Counted from the first letter of the stretch, positions 29,710 through 39,485 are shown. The stretch: 64,000 nucleotides of DNA from a virus (IMGVR_UViG_3300015615_001076:26742-90741); one strand, 5' to 3'. Notes: generated by a model from the letters alone, not told the origin. A program made the numbers and translations.

Positions 29710-31554
29710 TTACCCAACGACCACAATCTCATCTGATCGGATGCCGCTCGTCCGACCCACGGCCTTCCGGAACATGGTCGACCGATCCCGGTCCGCGTCG
29801 TCCTTCACGGCCTCATACCCGCCCGCCATCGCTTGATCGGCTTTTGCGGGATCACGGTTGCCTTGATCGGTCACCGCCGATTCTGGTTGGCGACCTTGCG
29901 TGTCACCATCTGGCTGTTTCCGATCTCCCGATTCTTGCACCCTCGCCTCCGGTTCCGGCTTCTCAGGCGTCTGACCAGCCCCACCCAGCGCGGCTTGTTG
30001 CGCTTGGCTATACACGCCGACTAAGGACGGATTAAGCGGCGCATTCCCCCAGGACTCGGTTGTCGGTTCGTCGCCCTCTGCCACGCGCAATTCATTCACC
30101 GATTTGGTGAGTTTCGCATACTCCCGCTTCCATTCGAGATCCAAGGGACGCAGGCCATAGAACCGAAACACATAGTCCGGCGCCACGCGTGACAACAGAT
30201 AGTCCGTCATCCCGTTTTCGAGGAACGACATCAACGGTTCCAGCCCAGTATCTCGCGCATCCGCTAACCGTTCCGCCGTATCGGATCCAGAGAGCGACGA
30301 CCGTCCTGCGTGAAATGATTCGGCATAGATTTCCGTGGGGTCCATGCCATAGACGGCACAGATGATCGAGGTGAGCAGAATCATCCACTTGGCGAAATAC
30401 ATGTCCGTAAACTCGTTGTCGAACTTCGTATAGGTCGCTGAGGATTCTTTGCTGTCGCTCACCATCACCGGTAACGACCAGGCGTTATTGACGCCGCGCA
30501 CCATGGCGTTCCATTGTTGCCTAAAACCGTTCAGCTGGTTTTGATCGAATGAGCCAAAGATCGTGAGCAGCCCCTTCGGAATCGCATTGGCGTCGAATCC
30601 ACGTAGGTTATACGTCAGTGCGTTCAGATAGCCGGTCACGACCTTGACGACCATCTCCGGTGGCGCGTACCCATAGCCGCCAAAGCTCACATCGGATCGT
30701 GGATTCATCGTGAGATAGGCCATCTCGTCCGCGTTATATTTGGTGACCGGCATGCCATCGACGATCTGCACCGCGATGATCTCATCGTCTCCCTGATACC
30801 CTTCTTCCGACGCGAGATAGACCGTGCTGGCATCGACCGCATGATAGCCAAACAGCGACTTGCCGTTGTTGGTCGGCACCGTTTCAATTGCCCACGCATC
30901 GAGCGTGAGAATATCGCGCAGGCTCTTGGTCATGAACGTGGTGAGCGTATCGTGCTTCAGCTGTTGCCGTTTGCGCGGCGTGCGTTCCCATCCGGAGTGC
31001 AGCACGAACTGTTCGAGCGCGGTTTCTTCCGGGCCTTTGCGAGGCTTCACCGTCCCCGTTTCGTCGTTCCGGCGCACTTCAAACCCTAAGTCACGATTCC
31101 GTTCGACCGTGCGGAGAAAGCGCCCGATGACGCGCTGTCGCCGAAGAATGATCGCGTTGATCAGCGGCGTCTGTTCGACCATCAAGCGGAGGTGGAAGGA
31201 GCCAAACTGCGACGGCCGCATTTTGTAGCCGCCTGGGGCTGTGCCGAACATGCCGCGTTCATCGACAAACAACGACATGGCTTCGCCGTGTTTTCTCTCA
31301 CCCTGAATTGGATAGATCCCGGTACCCTGCCAAAGTCCGCCTTTCGCCATCGTGCCTTGGTCGTAGGCAGACTGGATATGTTCGACGAGGGAACGAATGG
31401 CCGATTGATCGGGAAAGTCTGACGTGGTGGGCTGAAACTGGGCTTCGAGTTCCGTGCGGGCCTGGACGCGCTCAGCGACCGGCGCATCAGGAGACGAGGC
31501 GACACGGGCTAATTCAGGAGCATTCATAGCACTCCTACGACGTGAGTAAGACAA
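29710..31554 (-). CDS. putative portal protein
   Basis: 614-aa protein directly downstream of the large terminase and upstream of MuF. The SPP1-like order (terminase, portal, MuF) and the size fit a portal. No motif verified. Confidence 0.55.
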   Translation of the reverse strand: MSYSRRRSAMNAPELARVASSPDAPVAERVQARTELEAQFQPTTSDFPDQSAIRSLVEHIQSAYDQGTMAKGGLWQGTGIYPIQGERKHGEAMSLFVDERGMFGTAPGGYKMRPSQFGSFHLRLMVEQTPLINAIILRRQRVIGRFLRTVERNRDLGFEVRRNDETGTVKPRKGPEETALEQFVLHSGWERTPRKRQQLKHDTLTTFMTKSLRDILTLDAWAIETVPTNNGKSLFGYHAVDASTVYLASEEGYQGDDEIIAVQIVDGMPVTKYNADEMAYLTMNPRSDVSFGGYGYAPPEMVVKVVTGYLNALTYNLRGFDANAIPKGLLTIFGSFDQNQLNGFRQQWNAMVRGVNNAWSLPVMVSDSKESSATYTKFDNEFTDMYFAKWMILLTSIICAVYGMDPTEIYAESFHAGRSSLSGSDTAERLADARDTGLEPLMSFLENGMTDYLLSRVAPDYVFRFYGLRPLDLEWKREYAKLTKSVNELRVAEGDEPTTESWGNAPLNPSLVGVYSQAQQAALGGAGQTPEKPEPEARVQESGDRKQPDGDTQGRQPESAVTDQGNRDPAKADQAMAGGYEAVKDDADRDRSTMFRKAVGRTSGIRSDEIVVVG

Positions 31555-31830
31555 CTCGCAGGCTATTATCTACTGACTGTTGCGTTTCGCGGAGGATTAT
31601 TTCCGGGTGCTGCACATGCTCTAACAAGAATTCGTCAACCATCATCCTGTTACGCACAACACCATTCGGGAGCACAATCCAGGCGTCATAGATCCGCACT
31701 CCCGATTCTCGCTTCCACCAGCCATACAGTGCCCCGTCCAAGAGCGACAACGACCACAGCGGATTCTGCTTGGCCTGTACCGCTCTGACCGACAGTTTCA
31801 AAAACTGGCGCCGCGGGGTGACCCTCCGGC

Positions 31831-34800
31831 TCATTCCTCGGCCCGCTCCATGTATAACGCACACGCTGGCATTCCAGCCTGCACACTGAACCGTCTTGCC
31901 TGACACGTGCTCTTGTCGGCATCGAAATGCTGACACTTCCCGCAGGTCCCTGCGAGGGCGTTCGTCTTCGGCAGCGTCAAGATCTTCGCCTGAATCTGTG
32001 CCGCATCCCCGGCCTGCGTGAGCGATAAGTCCGGCTTCTTCTCCTTCAGCTCTTTGACCGTTGGAACCGTTGATCCGTGTTGGGGCACCCACAATTCCGC
32101 CGTGACCTGCCGGCGCTGATTCGCCATGAGGCAATAGAGGAACGCATGGAGGAAATGCGGGTCCACCCCGATCTCTTCCCACACCATCGTGAATTCTCCG
32201 GTATCCACGGTCTTCTTGGCTTCGGTATCCCGGCGCATCACCGGCAGCTTGCGTCTGGCAACCGACCGGAGATGGAAGAACAAGCCTTGCTCCCCGGTCT
32301 CCGGATTGCCGAGACAGATATGGCTCTGCCGTTCCATGCCCTTCGCTCTGACTTTTTGGACGAGTCCTTCCGGCGTCGGACAAGCCACCTGCCGCAACAC
32401 CCACTGCATCAACGCGAATTCGATGGCCTTGTACCGATCCAGCATGACGTGATGTTCAAACTTACTCTCCGGCTTGGCGCGATAGAGGGCTTTCAGTTGC
32501 TCATCGCGATCACTCCACCGGAGCATATGGACATTCTCGGTGTAGTACGCAAGGAACACGCGGCGCTTAAACTGCTTCGCAAAGCGAACCGCTTCGTTGT
32601 AGCTGGGAAGGGCATCGATCACACAACAGTCGACGTCATAGCGCACCATCAATTCATAGAGTCGATCGAAGGGGGATTCACCTTGCACAATTTCCAGATG
32701 CGCGAGCTTCAACTTGCCATCGCCGGGATAGCCGATCACGACATGGTTTTCGCCGCCGCGTTGGTCCACCCCCATGACACAATGGGTGCCGTCGGTGAGC
32801 CAGTGCAGCTCGTGGTCGACACAGGCCAGCGCCACATCGAGCGGCACAAGAATGCTCTCCGGATCGACATAGGGCAGGCCCAACGTGGAGTTGTAGAATT
32901 CTTGGCGGTCCGTCGCATGCAGCCATTTGTCCCAAATCCGGCGCGGCGTCATGACCGGAGAAATCAATTGCGGAATGTGAAAGCCGATGACACTGTGCTC
33001 TGGCGTCCGCTTCCGGTATTGGCCGTCTTGGAGATCAAGCAGGCGCTTGTCACAGACCGGGCAGCGCCAAAAGTACTCGCCCTTGGATTCTCCGACGCAG
33101 TCAGGCCAATGATCGGTCAAGACCACGCCGTCGTGACACCGGCAGCGGGCATGCCAGGTCCGTTGGTCGGATCGCTGAAAGTAGTGGTGGATATCGGAGT
33201 TATGGACGAGCGCACCACTCTCCGCGAGGACAAACCATGGCGTGCCATCAACTTCAATGTCGTAGGCGAGATCTTCCCCGTCAGGCCTCACGCTACGCAC
33301 TTCCGTAACCGCCAATGCATTCATGATGGGCTGGCTCAGTTGTGAGGTAGGATTGTACGAAACGGTAAAAACGGAGAGCCTTTGTGTGATGACCCTCCCC
33401 CTCGCGTTCGTCCTCGTGCTGGATCTAGCGGCACGGCAGGAGAGCATAGGGCACTTTCCAAGTCGGCGACACAGAAACATCACTTGCGAGGCCAAGATGT
33501 TGCTAGAGGTAAAAAACTCCCATTCGCGCCCAGACGGATGTGACGGCGTAAAGGCCTTGCGTCGGTGTCCATCGCCATCCAGCAAGCCATCCAATAGCGA
33601 GGACAATTGACGGGGCGATCCGCCTAGGATGACATCTGGAATGCACTTCTGGCTGGAACCTGTGCCGCAGGCCGCAAAGACAGTTTCGAGATCTGGGCGA
33701 TGTCGCAGCGTGACACGCACGCCTGCCCTGTCCTCAGTGTACGGCAACCCTTGTGCGTCAGCCCAGGCTTTTACTTTCGTGCGCAGCGGTTTCCCGGTAT
33801 TCTGCCAGAAGTGCCAGGCGTGAAGATCACGTGTGCCTTCTGCGATCCACGCTCCCACTGCATAGCAAGTCAGAAGATCGAGGGGGGCGTCGATCGTGGT
33901 GTCGTGCCACCGAGTGTTCGAGACGTTAGGAAATTCCGTCAATGTGAGCACACCAGAAAGCGGCGGGCCTCCGTGTGCTTTTGGTATGCGAGGAAGGTCG
34001 GCTATAGGAGTCCATTTGATCTGCTTCTTGACGTGCTGACGCGACGGACTCTGGGCGAACCGGTGACTGCCCGTACAGCGAATCGTCGTCCCGCCGCTCA
34101 AGCGCACGGTGACCATCGGGCGAAGTCCACGACAGATCACACCGTTGATAGTCCGCCAGCGTGGACGATTGCCACCGGCACGGTTGTAGGACAAAACGTC
34201 GAATTCCTTCCAGGTGTCAGCGAGGTCACGGATGGCAACCGGGAGCACGCGCCCCGTGATGCGATGTCGCACGACAATAGCGGTCTCGCCTGCAAAGCAA
34301 TCGGGATACCCAGCCGTAGAGACTTTACAATTGATCGGATAGTCGGAATGGCTGACCCGCTCCGAGGCGCGTTCGATGTCCGTCATTTTCATGCGCCGGA
34401 CCTCATCAAAGAAGATGCCGCGCATCGGAATGGCTTCCGTACTCGTTTTCCCGCCCATGTAACTAAAGAAGATCGTACTCGCCCCTAACGACCGCACCCG
34501 CTTCCGGTCCTCTTTTTTGACCTTGAGCCCGTTGATCCGTTGATCGGCCTCCCCGGCTAGAATAGCCAGACTTGGATTCGAGGCCACCATGGGTTGAAAC
34601 CGATCCGACGAAAAGATGTCGGCCATTTCCCGGTCTGGCAGGAAGTACCCGAATTTATCCGCCCAGAACTTCAACGCCGCAAAGATCAGCCCGCCCATAA
34701 TCGTGACGCTTTTCCCAACTTGGGCGGCGGACATGAGGACGAAATCAAACGAGTCCTGGGTACGGTCACACGCAAACGCCTGGTAGGGCTCAATCAGGTA

Positions 34801-35052
34801 GCGATGCCGTGCGAAGTCGATGGGCTTCTTGTCGACGAGGTACGGCCGGGAGGACACGAAGTCGAACAGCGTGTCGGGCAGATTGGTCACCGCCGGCGGC
34901 GGAGCCAGCACCAGCCCGCTATTCGCTCGTTGCTCCAACCGGTCCGCCAGCCCCCACAAGAGGGAGCGCAGTGCGGAGGTCCCGCCCAAAGGCGGCAAAG
35001 TCTTCGGGTTTGGTAAGGTAGCGTGCAACGATGCTCTCCACAATTTGCACAA
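31831..35052 (-). CDS. terminase large subunit interrupted by an intein
   Basis: Walker A SAAQVGKSV and Walker B GIFFDEV. C-terminal nuclease/zinc-ribbon region (CRCHDG...CPVCDKR). An intein (CFAGETAIVV ... LVHN|S) is inserted after the ATPase core. The start may instead be the GTG at 34911 just after the terS stop. Confidence 0.85.
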   Translation of the reverse strand: MCKLWRASLHATLPNPKTLPPLGGTSALRSLLWGLADRLEQRANSGLVLAPPPAVTNLPDTLFDFVSSRPYLVDKKPIDFARHRYLIEPYQAFACDRTQDSFDFVLMSAAQVGKSVTIMGGLIFAALKFWADKFGYFLPDREMADIFSSDRFQPMVASNPSLAILAGEADQRINGLKVKKEDRKRVRSLGASTIFFSYMGGKTSTEAIPMRGIFFDEVRRMKMTDIERASERVSHSDYPINCKVSTAGYPDCFAGETAIVVRHRITGRVLPVAIRDLADTWKEFDVLSYNRAGGNRPRWRTINGVICRGLRPMVTVRLSGGTTIRCTGSHRFAQSPSRQHVKKQIKWTPIADLPRIPKAHGGPPLSGVLTLTEFPNVSNTRWHDTTIDAPLDLLTCYAVGAWIAEGTRDLHAWHFWQNTGKPLRTKVKAWADAQGLPYTEDRAGVRVTLRHRPDLETVFAACGTGSSQKCIPDVILGGSPRQLSSLLDGLLDGDGHRRKAFTPSHPSGREWEFFTSSNILASQVMFLCRRLGKCPMLSCRAARSSTRTNARGRVITQRLSVFTVSYNPTSQLSQPIMNALAVTEVRSVRPDGEDLAYDIEVDGTPWFVLAESGALVHNSDIHHYFQRSDQRTWHARCRCHDGVVLTDHWPDCVGESKGEYFWRCPVCDKRLLDLQDGQYRKRTPEHSVIGFHIPQLISPVMTPRRIWDKWLHATDRQEFYNSTLGLPYVDPESILVPLDVALACVDHELHWLTDGTHCVMGVDQRGGENHVVIGYPGDGKLKLAHLEIVQGESPFDRLYELMVRYDVDCCVIDALPSYNEAVRFAKQFKRRVFLAYYTENVHMLRWSDRDEQLKALYRAKPESKFEHHVMLDRYKAIEFALMQWVLRQVACPTPEGLVQKVRAKGMERQSHICLGNPETGEQGLFFHLRSVARRKLPVMRRDTEAKKTVDTGEFTMVWEEIGVDPHFLHAFLYCLMANQRRQVTAELWVPQHGSTVPTVKELKEKKPDLSLTQAGDAAQIQAKILTLPKTNALAGTCGKCQHFDADKSTCQARRFSVQAGMPACALYMERAEE
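33199..34299 (-). mobile_element. intein with LAGLIDADG homing-endonuclease domain inside terL
   Basis: An N-terminal Cys (CFAGE...) opens a Hint block A. Two LAGLIDADG-like motifs (LLTCYAVGAWIAEGT ; LSSLLDGLLDGDGH). The C-terminus is ...GALVHN followed by a +1 Ser. About 367 aa. Confidence 0.75.
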
Positions 35053-35536
35053 ATTGCAGAATCAAGGTCGGCGTGAGCTTCACCGCCTGGGCCGTTTCGA
35101 TCGCGCTCTTGCGTTGTATCACCATGCTCAGTTGCGCGATTTGCTCACAGGTCGCGTTCATTCGTGCCATATCCGACTGAAACCGCCCTGGATCTTTTTC
35201 CGGCAAGGTCTCGATCGCGCCCCGCGCTTTCTCGGCAAACTCATGAATGATCACGCGCATCAGCGCGATTTCCTTGTCCAGCGACGAGAGATCCGGCGCC
35301 TTCGCCAGCTGTTCAACCATCTCCCGGTTCTGCTCGGACACCACCGACGAGTAGAGCCCGTGCTTGATCGGGGTCTTCCCCCCATGGAGCCAACACCGCC
35401 CTGTCCCGAAATGATCAGTCTTGAACCCAGCCGGATTCGTACAGGTGAGACTGCCATTGCGTCCAGGACCCTGCTTTTTCTTCGCCCCACACTTGCCGGG
35501 TGGTGCATGGGGTGTACGAGAGGCTCGTTTGCGCAT
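34919..35536 (-). CDS. putative terminase small subunit
   Basis: The N-terminal 'GKCGAKKKQGPGRNGSLTCTNPAGFKTDHFGTGRCWLHGGKTP' is the Cys-rich RCxxHGG signature seen in small terminase subunits. It lies immediately upstream of and overlaps terL. Confidence 0.55.
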   Translation of the reverse strand: MRKRASRTPHAPPGKCGAKKKQGPGRNGSLTCTNPAGFKTDHFGTGRCWLHGGKTPIKHGLYSSVVSEQNREMVEQLAKAPDLSSLDKEIALMRVIIHEFAEKARGAIETLPEKDPGRFQSDMARMNATCEQIAQLSMVIQRKSAIETAQAVKLTPTLILQFVQIVESIVARYLTKPEDFAAFGRDLRTALPLVGAGGPVGATSE

Positions 35537-35542
35537 AAGGTG

Positions 35543-35863
35543 CTAGCTCTGCTCCACAGACACCACCAGATTCGCACTGCGCCGATCGATCAACCGCTTC
35601 AGGGATTCTTTGTCAGAATCGGGAACCGTGAACGTCACACGCCCACCGCCATCCCCATCGATCTTGATACACGATGCACCTTGTAAGATCGCATGAAAGA
35701 TAATGGGAATGTCGGAATGATCGTTCTGGTTCACATCACCAGGGCCAAGGTGTGTAGCCAGTTCACGACACCCTATGTGCTCCACCTGCTCGCCTCCCAC
35801 GTGCCCTTCATCCATAATGCTCCTCTGCCAGTTTGAGGCCAATCTCTCCCAAGGCCTCTTCAA
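35543..35863 (-). CDS. hypothetical protein
   Basis: 106-aa ORF. Confidence 0.3.
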   Translation of the reverse strand: MKRPWERLASNWQRSIMDEGHVGGEQVEHIGCRELATHLGPGDVNQNDHSDIPIIFHAILQGASCIKIDGDGGGRVTFTVPDSDKESLKRLIDRRSANLVVSVEQS

Positions 35864-36173
35864 TTTCGTGCACGACTTTCACGCCCATCAGCGGTAACCG
35901 CAACAAGCGCAGACGCGAATAGGTACAGAGTTTCCCAATCGTATCGATGTCATAGCGCACCAGCCGATTCATGGCTCGGGTGGACAGCGTAAATTCTCTG
36001 GCGACCTTCCGTTGATACAGCTCTCGCTTCAATCGTGCGGAAAGCTGGGTTAAGGCTTCAGCAATCAGTGCGTCATCTTCCCATTGCGTAATGGGCGGAA
36101 TTTCGACGGTCGGATCTTCACCGGTCGCGACTAAAATCGGGTGCATCTTCATGCCTCCCTCACCACGCCGCAC
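35808..36173 (-). CDS. RNA polymerase alpha-CTD-like (helix-hairpin-helix) DNA-binding protein
   Basis: 'LSTRAMNRLVRYDIDTIGKL...LPLMGVKVVHEIEEAL' resembles the RpoA C-terminal domain fold. Confidence 0.4.
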   Translation of the reverse strand: MRRGEGGMKMHPILVATGEDPTVEIPPITQWEDDALIAEALTQLSARLKRELYQRKVAREFTLSTRAMNRLVRYDIDTIGKLCTYSRLRLLRLPLMGVKVVHEIEEALGEIGLKLAEEHYG

Positions 36174-36335
36174 AACCAGGATTGAGGAATCTCAGCTCGC
36201 AACCCTGTCTTCGAATGGTGCGCGATCACCACCCGATCCGCATCGTCCATGACGAATACCCCGGAGCACCGACCCAACGCAGGCGAATCCCACACGACCG
36301 TACACCCTGGTTTCCTGTCTGACACCGGCAACAAC

Positions 36336-36581
36336 TCAGAGGCCGGCGCAGACTTCTCGTCGTGAGCGAACGACAGGGCGGGCCTGCTCGTCTTGGTTAC
36401 GCCGCTCCAATTCGATTTCATAATCCTGCACAGACGCGACGGTCACCCCGAAGGTATGAGGCGTGAGCCACACGCGACGCAGCTTCCCTCGATCGATCAA
36501 CCGTGCAATCGTGCTGTGATGCACGCTCAAGCGGATCGCGGCCTGTCTACAACTCATCCACGGTTGCCGTTTCATGACCAT
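36336..36581 (-). CDS. excisionase/AlpA-like HTH DNA-binding protein
   Basis: 'MSCRQAAIRLSVHHSTIARLIDRGKL' helix-turn-helix. Confidence 0.5.
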   Translation of the reverse strand: MVMKRQPWMSCRQAAIRLSVHHSTIARLIDRGKLRRVWLTPHTFGVTVASVQDYEIELERRNQDEQARPVVRSRREVCAGL

Positions 36582-37146
36582 AAAAAAGCCTGACTCCGTA
36601 GGCTTCGCTACGCAATCAGGCTCCGGTGATCCAGTCGCCTTCAACTTACTAGGCTGGACGCGGCTTGCGCATCCGCAACGTCACGGCCACTTCCACCGCA
36701 TCGTGCTCATGCACACGAACAACCAGCTCGCCAAATCCTTCCTGTTTCAAGCGAGCCAAGCGATCCACGATTTCTTGATCAGAATAGCAGACCGTCTGAG
36801 GTTCTTTCATGCGAGTAGACACCGCCTCCCGGTCATCAACAGCCTGATGGGCGTCTTGGTTGGCACATTCACCACGATTTCAGGTCTCTCGTTATCCGCC
36901 TGGGCCTCGAACCGTCCCAGGACTCGTGGTCAGACCGCACCGCTCGTCGCGAGTCCCCGGCCTGTGGTCTTACGGGCGTTACGGGCCTGCCTAGGACAGG
37001 CGCTACTGCTGACACGACAGCATCAGACTGCCCATGACTCGGAGTTGGTTGCAGGCATACGATTCGTCATTCTGCTCTACTCCCACACCACCACTCTACC
37101 CCAAATTGGTGAGCGAGTACGCCCTCATTTGTGCATATTCGGCGTC

Positions 37147-37473
37147 CTACTCAGGCGTAAAGGAATCCTTTACGCCTGCACCAGTTATTTTGGTAACCGC
37201 ATCCTGAGCCTGCTGCATCGCCGCTTTCATTCTGGCATTCCAGACATGCAAGCTCGTCGTCTCTCCTTGGTTACCCCACGCGCTCAAAATATGCTTCAGC
37301 GCCTCACGTAGTGGCTGTGTCGCAAGATCAAGGGTTGACTGCTTGAAGGTATTCGCTTTATGGCGGCTCCTCCTCTGATGTATAGGAAAAATCCCACGGC
37401 GTTTGGAGCGGGTTGCTAGAAACACGATTCGCCGCTTCCATCCATCCCATGCACGGCTCTGACGTGTGCTCAT
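37147..37473 (-). CDS. hypothetical basic protein
   Basis: 108-aa ORF. Confidence 0.3.
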   Translation of the reverse strand: MSTRQSRAWDGWKRRIVFLATRSKRRGIFPIHQRRSRHKANTFKQSTLDLATQPLREALKHILSAWGNQGETTSLHVWNARMKAAMQQAQDAVTKITGAGVKDSFTPE

Positions 37474-37699
37474 GACAGGAAAACTGGATATCCTCCATCA
37501 CACATTTCAGCGCATCCATCACGGTAGCAAGACATCCGTTCGGAATCGTGCCAGCCCGAAAGGCACAGGTGCGACATCGGACTCGCGTGTCCGGAAAGCG
37601 TGTGATCGATTCAGCCTCGGCCTCATCAGCAAGACGAGCCAGTTGAGTGCCCAGCATACGGCCTTCAGGCGTCGGACGATTCGGTACCATGCTCATCAT
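37358..37699 (-). CDS. Cys-rich hypothetical protein
   Basis: 113 aa with CRTCAF...C...C...C spacing. Confidence 0.3.
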   Translation of the reverse strand: MMSMVPNRPTPEGRMLGTQLARLADEAEAESITRFPDTRVRCRTCAFRAGTIPNGCLATVMDALKCVMEDIQFSCHEHTSEPCMGWMEAANRVSSNPLQTPWDFSYTSEEEPP

Positions 37700-37783
37700 T
37701 GCTCCTTCCCTCGGCGTTCGAAGACCTCATCCTCAATGATGAATCCATCTGCTGTATTGAGAGTGAGGATCGCTCTGAGAATT

Positions 37784-38131
37784 TCACGTTCCCTTCCCCT
37801 CCCTCCACTCGCGCACCTCGGGCCGGGCGAGAAAAGCGACGGCAGTTGTCGTATCAAGTCGTGACCATGCTGCATTTTGTGTAATCAGCTCCGCAAATCC
37901 GACCGCCTCGGCCAGGAGGGCGCGATTCGCACCGATCAATGACTCCACTTGCCCTCTCTGTTGCCGAGCATTGATATCGTCGTCTGCTTCCATCGCTTTG
38001 ATCTGCTTATTCAGCCGCTCGCTCTCCCGCTCCTTCTGGGCCAGCGCGGCTTCGAGCGTGTCGATATAATGCATTATTTTTACAAGCTGATCGTTCCCAC
38101 CAAGGCCGCGCCTGGTGCTACGGCTAATCAC
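37784..38131 (-). CDS. coiled-coil hypothetical protein
   Basis: 115-aa ORF. Confidence 0.3.
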   Translation of the reverse strand: MISRSTRRGLGGNDQLVKIMHYIDTLEAALAQKERESERLNKQIKAMEADDDINARQQRGQVESLIGANRALLAEAVGFAELITQNAAWSRLDTTTAVAFLARPEVREWREGKGT

Positions 38132-38487
38132 GATTCAGGCGGCGTCCATCCAGCCCTCACGAGTAGATCAAACGGAATGCGCGTTTCTATATTTGTCAGG
38201 CCATCGTCGCAAACCACACGCAAGTACGGTTTAAATGGATGCGGAACGGAAATATATTCAAGAGGACGATAAAATGTCTCAACTTGAGTATCGTCTACCG
38301 TGCCATCAGTTCGAACATGATCTCGAAACCCTTCCGGTAAACTTCTTTCTCTCCGCTCTGCTTCTTCGACTGTCATGATCTGCGCCATCACATGAAAGTC
38401 GTCCTTGTTTTCCATCATTACCTTTCTGGCCAACATCTGGCCTGCCATTGCGGCTTTCCGCCCGGCATCCCCACGGCGGCTCGACAT
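38128..38487 (-). CDS. hypothetical protein
   Basis: 119-aa ORF coupled to neighbours. Confidence 0.35.
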   Translation of the reverse strand: MSSRRGDAGRKAAMAGQMLARKVMMENKDDFHVMAQIMTVEEAERRERSLPEGFRDHVRTDGTVDDTQVETFYRPLEYISVPHPFKPYLRVVCDDGLTNIETRIPFDLLVRAGWTPPES

Positions 38488-38644
38488 CGCATCGATCCAC
38501 CAGGATGAATGATCACCAGCTCAGGTTTGCATGCAGCCTGGTGAGATGGTCCTTCCTTTTCCCAGACCGTGGCCCAGTACTCACAGTCCGACTTGCTCAA
38601 GTTGCGCACCTCCCGCTGCTCCACATACACCGACACCCGCTCGG

Positions 38645-38914
38645 TCATGCTAGCTCTGTCCATTCAAAGGCTTTCCGAATGCCTGCCTCCGTCACATGGA
38701 AGCAGTGCTCCATTCTTCCCGGCCTCATATATCCCTCCTCAACTAGGGCAAGCACGTCAGCGTACCCATCACACTCTGGTGCTGTCGCGTAGCGGTTATG
38801 ATAGGGCCAGTCCGGGTCTTCAACCGTACGAGGCAGGACAGGCCCATCAGGAAGGCCGAGGGAGTGCCGAAGAATATGTCTTTGCTTAGGACTCATCATC
38901 TCCCCTCCTGGCAT
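38645..38914 (-). CDS. hypothetical protein
   Basis: 89-aa ORF. Confidence 0.35.
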   Translation of the reverse strand: MPGGEMMSPKQRHILRHSLGLPDGPVLPRTVEDPDWPYHNRYATAPECDGYADVLALVEEGYMRPGRMEHCFHVTEAGIRKAFEWTELA

Positions 38915-38921
38915 CCCGCGC

Positions 38922-39119
38922 TTATGGGTTGATCTTCTCGTAGCTCACGACTTTCCTGAGTCCCAGCGCCTTCAACAGCCCTTCGCCGGGGTCTCGTTTC
39001 CCTCTCAACACGTCCGATACATAGGCTGGAGAGAGTTTGGATCGTGTGGCCCATTGATACTGTGAACCTGCTTGTTCACACGCCTCAGCAAGAACGCACC
39101 GCAGTTGGCCGATCTTCAT
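38922..39119 (-). CDS. YdaS/Cro-like HTH protein (paralog of 49518..49736)
   Basis: 'AGSQYQWATRSKLSPAYVSDVLRGKR' is a Cro/CI-type HTH. About 60% identical to the second copy and shares a 20-nt exact DNA repeat. Confidence 0.55.
   Translation of the reverse strand: MKIGQLRCVLAEACEQAGSQYQWATRSKLSPAYVSDVLRGKRDPGEGLLKALGLRKVVSYEKINP
39046..39065. repeat. 20-nt exact direct repeat (second copy 49651..49670) within the paralogous Cro-like genes
   Basis: gtggcccattgatactgtga, with ~80% identity over the flanking ~55 nt. Confidence 0.7.
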
Positions 39120-39421
39120 CACCCCACCTTGTTGGGCTTCAGCACCCGCTTCGCTTCCTTCCCTGGTTGTACGTCCGCCACCTTGACTCGTTTCAGAGAG
39201 CGTGTCTGAAATTGCACCACGCGAGCATGCAACAGGCCAACGCCCTGGAGCTGTTCGTCCGAGGCTCCCAGCTCCTTGCACTTCGCTTCATAGGCTTCTA
39301 GCGCCGCCGGTACCGCTGGATCTCGCGCTAAGAACACAATCGCGTTCTTCTGGCTGTAGGCCTTCCCACTTGACAGCGACACCGCCTCAAACTTGAACTT
39401 CCGATCAATAGCTTCTCCCAT
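39119..39421 (-). CDS. hypothetical protein (100 aa)
   Basis: The internal start is preceded by a strong AAGGAGGG RBS. Confidence 0.4.
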   Translation of the reverse strand: MGEAIDRKFKFEAVSLSSGKAYSQKNAIVFLARDPAVPAALEAYEAKCKELGASDEQLQGVGLLHARVVQFQTRSLKRVKVADVQPGKEAKRVLKPNKVG

Positions 39422-39485
39422 CGGTCCCTCCTTGTGATGAAAATGGCTGACGCCCTTCGTCAGCCGGGTGAACAACCGAATACGC

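Noticed and set aside
31535-32404. 289-aa minus-strand ORF overlapping the 3' part of terL.
   Set aside because: It lies in a different frame from the terminase C-terminal zinc-ribbon domain. Its Gly/Arg-rich composition looks non-coding.
37153-37177. Perfect 11-bp-stem palindrome aggcgtaaagg-aat-cctttacgcct, considered as a terminator.
   Set aside because: It lies within the last codons of 37147..37473 and is not followed by a U-tract on the transcribed strand.
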